Origin: Bacillus subtilis subsp. subtilis str. 168
GTDB lineage: Bacteria > Bacillota > Bacilli > Bacillales > Bacillaceae
Length of the DNA: 32,000 nt
Assembly: GCF_000009045.1 (NCBI RefSeq)
Contig: NC_000964.3
Coordinates: forward strand, 720,001 to 752,000
Direction of reading: 5' to 3'
A model generated the notes under the pieces. That model was not told the DNA's origin. It searched no databases and saw nothing but the letters and a program-made list of their open reading frames with translations. Below, piece by piece: positions 20,288-27,078 of the stretch. The position numbers and the translations under genes are program-made. Each line of letters starts with the position of its first letter. Positions within the stretch are counted from its first letter, which is position 1.

Positions 20288-22927
20288 ATGGCGCTCATTG
20301 ATTTAGAAGATAAAATTGCTGAAATAGTGAATCGAGAAGATCATTCAGATTTCTTGTATGAATTACTCGGTGTATATGATGTTCCACGAGCTACAATTAC
20401 GCGCTTGAAAAAAGGAAATCAAAACCTTACAAAACGGGTTGGTGAAGTACACTTAAAGAATAAGGTGTGGTTTAAGGAGGCTAAGAAAGGAAAGCTCTTT
20501 GACGCCCTTATTGATATAGAACAACAAGTTGAATATCTTTCAGCTAAGCCACGATATTTATTAGTTACTGACTATGATGGAGTATTAGCGAAAGATACAA
20601 AAACATTAGAGGCTCTTGATGTTAAATTTGAAGAACTTCCTCAGTATTTCGATTTCTTCCTTGCTTGGAAAGGTATTGAGAAAGTAGAGTTTGAAAAGGA
20701 AAACCCCGCTGATATTAAAGCAGCCGAACGTTTTGCACGGATATATGATGTACTTCGTAAAGAAAACAATATTATTGAGACTAATAGAGGGTTAGATTTA
20801 TTTCTTATTCGTTTACTGTTTTGTTTTTTCGCAGAAGATACTGACATCTTCAAACGAAATAGTTTTACGAATTTAATTAAGACTTTGACTGAAGAAGATG
20901 GTTCAAATCTAAATAAATTATTTGCTGATTTATTTATCGTGTTAGATAAAAATGAACGAGACGATGTTCCATCTTATTTAAAAGAGTTTCCGTATGTAAA
21001 TGGCCAGTTGTTTACTGAACCACATACAGAGTTGGAATTTTCTGCCAAATCCAGAAAGTTAATTATTGAGTGCGGTGAATTATTAAACTGGGCTAAAATC
21101 AATCCTGATATCTTTGGTTCAATGATTCAAGCTGTTGCTTCTGAAGAAAGCCGTAGTTATTTAGGTATGCACTACACAAGTGTCCCCAATATAATGAAGG
21201 TTATTAAACCGCTTTTCCTAGATAAACTTAATCAGTCTTTTTTAGATGCATACGATGATTATACAAAACTTGAAAATCTTCTAACACGAATCGGCAAAAT
21301 TAAATTCTTTGATCCTGCATGTGGTTCAGGGAACTTTTTGATTATTACCTACAAAGAATTACGGCGTATGGAAATCAATATTATAAAACGACTTCAAGAA
21401 CTCTTGGGAGAGTATCTTTATGTACCTTCAGTAACTTTATCTCAATTTTACGGAATAGAGATTGAAGATTTTGCACATGACGTTGCAAAATTATCACTTT
21501 GGATTGCTGAACATCAAATGAATGAAGAATTAAAAAATGAAGTTCATAATGCAGTACGCCCAACGTTACCACTTCATACAGCAGGGGATATTCGTTGTGC
21601 AAATGCTATTAGGGTTGAGTGGACTGAGGTTTGTCCCGCACAAGGATCTGAAGAAGTATATGTTTTTGGTAATCCACCGTATCTTGGTTCAAAAAAACAA
21701 AACAAAGAACATAAATCTGATATGTTATCAATTTTTGGAAAAGTCAAGAATGGTAAAATGCTTGATTATATTTCTGCTTGGTTTTACTTTGGTGCTAAAT
21801 ACGCTTCAACTACAAATGCAAAAGTTGCCTTTGTATCAACAAATTCAGTTACTCAAGGGGAACAGGTTTCTATCTTATGGAATGAGTTATTCAAGTTTGG
21901 AATTCAAATCAATTTTGCCTATAAATCTTTTAAATGGGCGAATAATGCTAAAAATAATGCTGCGGTAATTGTTGTGATTGTAGGTTTTGGCCCGTTAGAT
22001 ACCAAAGTAAACAAGTATTTATTTGTTGATGAAACGAAAAAGCTAGTTTCTAACATTAGTCCCTATTTAACTGATGGTGAAAATATTCTTGTTTCTTCTA
22101 GGACGAAGCCAATTTCAGACTTACCCAAACTGCATTTTGGGAACATGCCTAATGATGGCGGAGGATTACTCTTTACCATTACGGAATATACAGACGCAAT
22201 CAATAAGTATCCTGAATTAGTTCCCTATTTTAAAAAGTTTATAGGTTCAGTAGAGTTTATTAATGGTGGTTTACGGTATTGTTTATGGCTTAATGAAGCA
22301 AAATATGAAAAAATAAAGTCTAATCCTCTAATACAAGAAAGAATCTCAATTTCAAAAAATCACAGGGAAAAATCAACAGATAAAGGAACGAATAAACTTG
22401 CATTAACTCCGTGGAAGTTTAGAGATACTCATGAAACAACTAATTATTCCATTGTTGTTCCATCTGTGTCTTCTGAAAATAGATTTTATATTCCAATGGG
22501 ATTAGCAGGTGCAGATACAATTTTGTCAAATCTAATTTATGTAATTTACGATGCAGAAATTTACCTTCTAGGCATTTTGATGTCACGGATGCATATGACT
22601 TGGGTAAAAGCTGTAGCCGGAAGATTAAAAACTGACTATAGGTACTCTGCAGGTTTATGTTATAACACTTTCCCTATTCCTGAATTATCAACAAGAAGGA
22701 AGAATGAAATTGAAGAAGCAATTCTTGAAATTCTTGATCTTCGTGAAGAGCAGGGTGGTACATTAGCAGAGCTTTATAACCCTTCAACAATGCCAATTGA
22801 ATTAAAAGTAGCACATGAAAAGTTGGATGGAATTGTAGAAAGAGCGTATCGTCAAAAACAATTTGAATCTGATGAAGAACGCTTAGAAGTATTGCTTAAA
22901 TTGTATCAAGAAATGACAGAACGGTAG
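20288..22927 (+). CDS. dnmA: MmeI-family (Type IIL/IIG-like) N6-adenine DNA methyltransferase DnmA/YeeA
   Basis: I prefer ATG 20288, 5-6 nt after the GGGGGAAA at 20276-20283, giving 879 aa. Motif I FFDPACGSGNFLI is at 21305-21343 and motif IV NPPY at 21671-21682 (gamma-class order). The protein has a long TRD-like C-terminal half and an MmeI/PglX-like C-terminal helix (LYNPSTMPIELKVAHEKLDGIVERAY). I recall it being reported as DnmA, with m6A at GACGAG. Confidence 0.9.
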   Translation: MALIDLEDKIAEIVNREDHSDFLYELLGVYDVPRATITRLKKGNQNLTKRVGEVHLKNKVWFKEAKKGKLFDALIDIEQQVEYLSAKPRYLLVTDYDGVLAKDTKTLEALDVKFEELPQYFDFFLAWKGIEKVEFEKENPADIKAAERFARIYDVLRKENNIIETNRGLDLFLIRLLFCFFAEDTDIFKRNSFTNLIKTLTEEDGSNLNKLFADLFIVLDKNERDDVPSYLKEFPYVNGQLFTEPHTELEFSAKSRKLIIECGELLNWAKINPDIFGSMIQAVASEESRSYLGMHYTSVPNIMKVIKPLFLDKLNQSFLDAYDDYTKLENLLTRIGKIKFFDPACGSGNFLIITYKELRRMEINIIKRLQELLGEYLYVPSVTLSQFYGIEIEDFAHDVAKLSLWIAEHQMNEELKNEVHNAVRPTLPLHTAGDIRCANAIRVEWTEVCPAQGSEEVYVFGNPPYLGSKKQNKEHKSDMLSIFGKVKNGKMLDYISAWFYFGAKYASTTNAKVAFVSTNSVTQGEQVSILWNELFKFGIQINFAYKSFKWANNAKNNAAVIVVIVGFGPLDTKVNKYLFVDETKKLVSNISPYLTDGENILVSSRTKPISDLPKLHFGNMPNDGGGLLFTITEYTDAINKYPELVPYFKKFIGSVEFINGGLRYCLWLNEAKYEKIKSNPLIQERISISKNHREKSTDKGTNKLALTPWKFRDTHETTNYSIVVPSVSSENRFYIPMGLAGADTILSNLIYVIYDAEIYLLGILMSRMHMTWVKAVAGRLKTDYRYSAGLCYNTFPIPELSTRRKNEIEEAILEILDLREEQGGTLAELYNPSTMPIELKVAHEKLDGIVERAYRQKQFESDEERLEVLLKLYQEMTER

Positions 22928-22938
22928 GTGTAAGGTGT

Positions 22939-24738
22939 ATGGAAAATATAATTGAAATTAATTATAACCAAACTGGTAAAAGTAAGAAAACAAATGAATA
23001 CGGTATGCGTGAAATGCAGGCAAGAGCTTTTGAAAAACGTAACTCACAATATCTCTTAGTTAAAGCACCGCCAGCTTCTGGGAAATCTAGAGCTTTAATG
23101 TTTATCGGTTTGGATAAGCTCATAAATCAAGGTTTGAGGAAAGTGATTGTTGCTGTACCTGAACGCTCTATAGGTTCTTCATTTAAAAATACGGATTTAA
23201 AAAGTTATGGTTTCTTTGAAAATTGGAAAGTTGATCCTAGAAATAATTTAACTGTTGGCGGAGATAACTCTAAGGTTAAATCTTTTGTTCGTTTTATGGA
23301 ATCGGACGATCAGGTGTTAATATGTACGCACTCTACTTTGCGATTTGCGTTTGAAAAAATTGATGATAAAGCATTTGATAATTGTTTACTTGCAATAGAT
23401 GAATTTCACCATGTATCGGCAGATGTCAATTCTCGATTAGGTGAATTGTTAAGAAGTATTATTCATAATTCATCAGCACATATTGTAGCGATGACTGGGT
23501 CGTATTTCCGTGGAGATTCTGTACCAATTTTATTACCAGAAGATGAGGAATTATTTGACAAGGTAACTTATTCCTATTATGAACAACTTGATGGATATGA
23601 ATATCTAAAGGGATTTGGTATAGGATATCACTTCTATCAAGGCCAGTACACATCAGCTATTAATGAAGTATTGGATACAAATAAGAAAACAATCGTTCAT
23701 ATTCCAAATGTAAACTCAGGGGAATCGACAAAGGATAAGTACGATGAAGTTGGTAAGATACTTGATATGATTGGTGAAGTTGAATATCAAGATGATGATA
23801 CTGGAATTATTTATGTTAAGCGACATTCTGACGGTAAAACATTGAAAATTGCAGATTTAGTAGATGACCAAGTTGGAAGAGAAAATGTCGTTGCGTATTT
23901 GCGTAATATTGAAGCCCTAGACGATTTAGATATAATTATTGCTCTTGGTATGGCGAAAGAGGGCTTTGACTGGCCGTTTTGTGAACATACTTTGACAGTT
24001 GGTTATCGTGGCTCACTTACAGAAATAGTACAAATAATTGGGCGCTGTACACGTGATAGTTACAATAAAACCTATGCTCAATTTACCAACCTAATCGCAA
24101 TGCCTGATGCAAAGGATGAAGTAGTGACTTATACAGTGAATACAATGCTTAAAGCTATTTCTGCCTCACTTTTGATGGAGCAGGTCCTTACACCTGACTT
24201 TAAATTTAAACGTAGAAGAAATGAAAGTGAAAAATCTTCTACTACAGGAGAATTATTCGTTAAGGGATTGAAAGAACCATCAACAGAAAATGTCAAAAAG
24301 ATTATTGAAAATGATATTAATGATTTAAAAGCAAAAATCATGCAAGATTCACAAGTCCAAAAAACATTTAGTGGAGAAGTAGATCCCAAAGTATTGAACA
24401 AAGTGTTGATTCCGAAAGTTATTCAAAAAGTATATCCAAATTTATCAGATGAGGAAATTGAGGAAGTTAGACAGCACGTTGTTCTAGATACAGTTATGAA
24501 AGGTGCTAAGTCTGAAGTTGTAGGAAGTAAAGAATTTATAAGAATGGCAGATAAGTTTATAAACATTGAGGATTTAGATATCAATCTGATTGATTCCATC
24601 AATCCGTTCCAAAAAGCATTTGAGGTTCTATCGAAAGAATTGAACTCACCAGTGCTAAAACTGATTCAGGAAACTATTGATGCAAAACGTATTAATTTTG
24701 ATGAAGATGAACTAGTATTCATATGGCCAAAGGTTTAG
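22939..24738 (+). CDS. yeeB: SF2 (ResIII/DEAD-DEAH-type) helicase-like ATPase YeeB, apparently 3'-truncated by an in-frame TAG
   Basis: 599-aa ORF starting 11 nt after dnmA. Walker A is APPASGKSRA (GKS at 23080-23088), motif Ia VIVAVPERSIG, motif II DEFHH (23398-23412), motif III MTGS and motif VI QIIGRCTRD. The frame stays open for 40 codons beyond the TAG at 24736-24738. Confidence 0.85.
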   Translation: MENIIEINYNQTGKSKKTNEYGMREMQARAFEKRNSQYLLVKAPPASGKSRALMFIGLDKLINQGLRKVIVAVPERSIGSSFKNTDLKSYGFFENWKVDPRNNLTVGGDNSKVKSFVRFMESDDQVLICTHSTLRFAFEKIDDKAFDNCLLAIDEFHHVSADVNSRLGELLRSIIHNSSAHIVAMTGSYFRGDSVPILLPEDEELFDKVTYSYYEQLDGYEYLKGFGIGYHFYQGQYTSAINEVLDTNKKTIVHIPNVNSGESTKDKYDEVGKILDMIGEVEYQDDDTGIIYVKRHSDGKTLKIADLVDDQVGRENVVAYLRNIEALDDLDIIIALGMAKEGFDWPFCEHTLTVGYRGSLTEIVQIIGRCTRDSYNKTYAQFTNLIAMPDAKDEVVTYTVNTMLKAISASLLMEQVLTPDFKFKRRRNESEKSSTTGELFVKGLKEPSTENVKKIIENDINDLKAKIMQDSQVQKTFSGEVDPKVLNKVLIPKVIQKVYPNLSDEEIEEVRQHVVLDTVMKGAKSEVVGSKEFIRMADKFINIEDLDINLIDSINPFQKAFEVLSKELNSPVLKLIQETIDAKRINFDEDELVFIWPKV

Positions 24739-24850
24739 GAATTTTATCGTTCAACTGGTAGAAGACCTGATTCAAAATCTGAAGACCCACTTGAAAGGCG
24801 TATGGGTGAAGCTGTATTATACATGCAAGAGCTTAGGAGGAAACGTGAAA

Positions 24851-25999
24851 ATGGCAAGTAATAGATACCATTCTATTAATGAAATCATGGAAAGTCAGCT
24901 GTTTTACCAAATCACAACACCACCTAAGAAAACACAAAAAGCCCAGTATGATCCTGAAGTTGAAAAGTTTTTGGAGATTATTGAATTCGTCAAAGAAAAT
25001 GGGCGAGAACCCCAAAAAGTCCCTACTGATTTAACTGAAAGAAGTTTAGCAAGTCGATTAATTGGGATTCGGAAAGATCCTGATCGTATGGAATATTTGA
25101 AAGAGTATGATGAAATTGGATTACTTGAAGTAAGATCGAAGGAACTAACAATTCCTAAAATTTCTTCAATTGATGATATTCTAAAAAGTGGCTTATCTGC
25201 ATTATTAGGTGATAATTTAAATAATGATATAACTAGGTCAATTTTTGATACAAGTTCACTTCAAAAGGTTACGACAATGCCTGAATACGTTGCAAAGCGT
25301 AAAAAAATAAAAGATTTTGGAAAGTTTGAAGAGCTATTCAAGAAGTGCCACAAGGAAATTACAGAGGGTAAACGAAAAATTTTAACTTTCAAAAATGAAC
25401 AAGACATACAGTCAAATAGTTTTTATATATTAAAAGGAGTTCTTCTTTATGTTGAAGATGTGGGAGAACGTAAAAAAGCAAAGGGAAAAACCAATGCTAG
25501 ACTTCGATGTATATTTGAAAATGGAACGGAATCAGATATGTTACTACGTTCCTTATCAGCGGAGTTATATAAACATGGTAGACGTGTGACCGACAATGAA
25601 GATACATTGTTGGATAATGTTAGAGAAGATGATGTTTCGACTGGCTTTATTTACGTACTAAAATCTTTGAGTACAGATCCGCAAATTAGTTCCATTAAGA
25701 ATTTATATAAGATCGGTTTTACAACTGGTTCAGTAGAAAATAGAATCAGGAATGCAGAAAATCAATCAACTTATCTTTATGCTCCAGTAGAAATTGTAAC
25801 CACATATCAAGTGTTCAATATGAATGCTAGCAAATTTGAGACGGCAATCCATCATGCGCTAGCAAATAATAATTTGGATGTTTCTATTTTGGGGGCAAAT
25901 GGAAAGATGTTAGTTCCTAAAGAGTGGTTCGTTGTCACACTTGAAGATTTACAAGCTGTAATAGATGAGATTGTGATGATGGTTCATCTTTATGACTAA
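24851..25999 (+). CDS. yeeC: T5orf172 (GIY-YIG-like) domain protein YeeC
   Basis: I prefer ATG 24851 (or GTG 24845) after the AGGAGG at 24835-24840, giving 382 aa. The C-terminal domain (about 25643-25975) reads GFIYVLKS...LYKIGFTTGSVENRIRNAE...FETAIHHAL...PKEWF. This is the T5orf172/MUG113 pattern of the GIY-YIG superfamily. The N-terminal ~260 aa are helical and of unknown function. Confidence 0.8.
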   Translation: MASNRYHSINEIMESQLFYQITTPPKKTQKAQYDPEVEKFLEIIEFVKENGREPQKVPTDLTERSLASRLIGIRKDPDRMEYLKEYDEIGLLEVRSKELTIPKISSIDDILKSGLSALLGDNLNNDITRSIFDTSSLQKVTTMPEYVAKRKKIKDFGKFEELFKKCHKEITEGKRKILTFKNEQDIQSNSFYILKGVLLYVEDVGERKKAKGKTNARLRCIFENGTESDMLLRSLSAELYKHGRRVTDNEDTLLDNVREDDVSTGFIYVLKSLSTDPQISSIKNLYKIGFTTGSVENRIRNAENQSTYLYAPVEIVTTYQVFNMNASKFETAIHHALANNNLDVSILGANGKMLVPKEWFVVTLEDLQAVIDEIVMMVHLYD

Positions 26000-26260
26000 A
26001 TTAGTATATTAGGATTTTAGTATTAATAATAATTTTATAGTAGACTATGAAAAAATTTGATGCCATAACAATAACTTGTTCCGCTTTGGAGTTTGTCACA
26101 ATTGTAGAATTATGTGTTGCGAGTATTAATAGGAAGGGGTTGAGCGACCGCAAAAAAAATTTTCGGTGCTGTCCGCAAAAGGGAGTTTGGGTGTTTTGCG
26201 TTATATTTGGTTGTGTGAAGGTTAGCGGAAACTCAATTCGTGAAGTTAGGATTGCGGTTA

Positions 26261-26566
26261 TTACGACTGAGTAGTTTCGTCATACTCTTTTAGCAGTTTT
26301 TCTGTCTTATGCATTTCTTTGAGCATCGGATTCATGTAGTCGTTAGCTGATTCTAGATATGCTCTCGTCAGAGTGTCTAGTTTATTTCTAACTTTAGAGA
26401 GGTCTTCTTCGAATTTTCCATCCGATGATTGAAGGATAAATTCTTTTGCCTCTTCATATCTTTTTAATATGTTTTTCACCATTGGAGTTGGATTCTTTTG
26501 ATTTATTGTTTTTATTACAGTGATTGTTAAATTTATTTGTTTTATTAATTCTTTTCTTACTGTCAA
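26261..26566 (-). CDS. yeeD: Small all-helical hypothetical protein YeeD (possible immunity-type protein)
   Basis: 101-aa ORF with a TTG start 7 nt after AAGGAG. It lies on the same strand as, and downstream of, yezA, yezG and yeeF. No motif was recognised. Confidence 0.6.
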   Translation of the reverse strand: MTVRKELIKQINLTITVIKTINQKNPTPMVKNILKRYEEAKEFILQSSDGKFEEDLSKVRNKLDTLTRAYLESANDYMNPMLKEMHKTEKLLKEYDETTQS

Positions 26567-26632
26567 GGTGATGCTCCTTTTAAATCTCTATTCTATTTGA
26601 GAGTTGCTATATCTGTTTAATGGTTTGATAGA

Positions 26633-26839
26633 CTACTCATCTTTATAATTTAGAGCAATTTTTACAACTTGTTCCGCTGTGTAATCTTCATTGCTCCAGA
26701 AAATTAAATCACTTGGTGCCGGATAAGGAACATTTTTCTCTAATAAATCGAGATATTCACTGACTTTCTCATCATCTAATGTTGGGTTCATTAATTCCTT
26801 TACAAGAAAGATCAACTCTTCTTTTGTCAGTTTATCCAT
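26633..26839 (-). CDS. yezA: Colicin/pyocin DNase-immunity-like protein YezA
   Basis: I prefer ATG 26839, 6 nt after GGAGGG, giving 68 aa. The sequence LTKEELIFLVKELMN...EYLDLLEKNVPYPAPSDLIFWSNEDYTAEQVVKIALNY resembles colicin E-type Im proteins (YTExEFxxLV...HPxGSDLIYYP...PExIV). A TATAAT with TTATAA 17 nt upstream lies at about 26957-26985 on the minus strand. Confidence 0.65.
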   Translation of the reverse strand: MDKLTKEELIFLVKELMNPTLDDEKVSEYLDLLEKNVPYPAPSDLIFWSNEDYTAEQVVKIALNYKDE

Positions 26840-27036
26840 TGTTTGCCCTCCAATAGATTGTATCTCCATTGATTTTACAAATGACTTTATTTCTTCTGAT
26901 AATGTTATAGGTTGTTTGCATAATGATAGATAATTGTCTTGAGAAAAGTTAGTCTCATTATAGAGTTTATTAATTGTATTTATAACAATATATTCATATG
27001 GAAAACCTCTAAAATATCTTTATTTTAGATTGGTTT

Positions 27037-27068
27037 ATAAAAAATAGCTCAGCAGAGTAGGGCTGAGC
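27037..27068 (-). terminator. Terminator-like hairpin after yezG
   Basis: On the minus strand the 7-bp stem GCTCAGC/GCTGAGC with a 7-nt loop is followed by a T-rich run (TATTTTTT), about 10 nt after the yezG stop. Confidence 0.5.
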
Positions 27069-27078
27069 CATTTTTTAA

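Larger units (their letters stand above)
18983..26140. mobile_element. Degenerate integrated element / genomic island at the 3' end of rlmCD (yefB, yefC, dnmA-yeeB-yeeC)
   Basis: There is an abrupt, visible shift to AT-rich DNA and AT3-rich codons immediately after the rlmCD stop. Two inactivated serine-recombinase genes sit at the left edge and the cargo looks like RM or defence genes. The right boundary is uncertain. It could be about 26.0-26.3 kb, or it could extend through the AT-rich yeeD-yezG genes to about 27.55 kb. Confidence 0.55.

Noticed and set aside
18975-26060. A search for short direct repeats (att core) shared by the rlmCD/yefB junction (AATAAATAGTCAAAAATCTATGC) and the region after yeeC (ATAGTAGACTATGAAAAAATTTGATGC).
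   Set aside because: Only scattered 5-6-nt matches in AT-rich DNA were found. These are not distinguishable from chance by eye.
26047-26274. The 75-aa ORF between yeeC and yeeD considered as a real gene.
   Set aside because: It has no Shine-Dalgarno sequence, its Cys-rich composition is odd, and it overlaps the yeeD 3' end. I retained it only as a possible rlmCD-3'-like relic (see findings).
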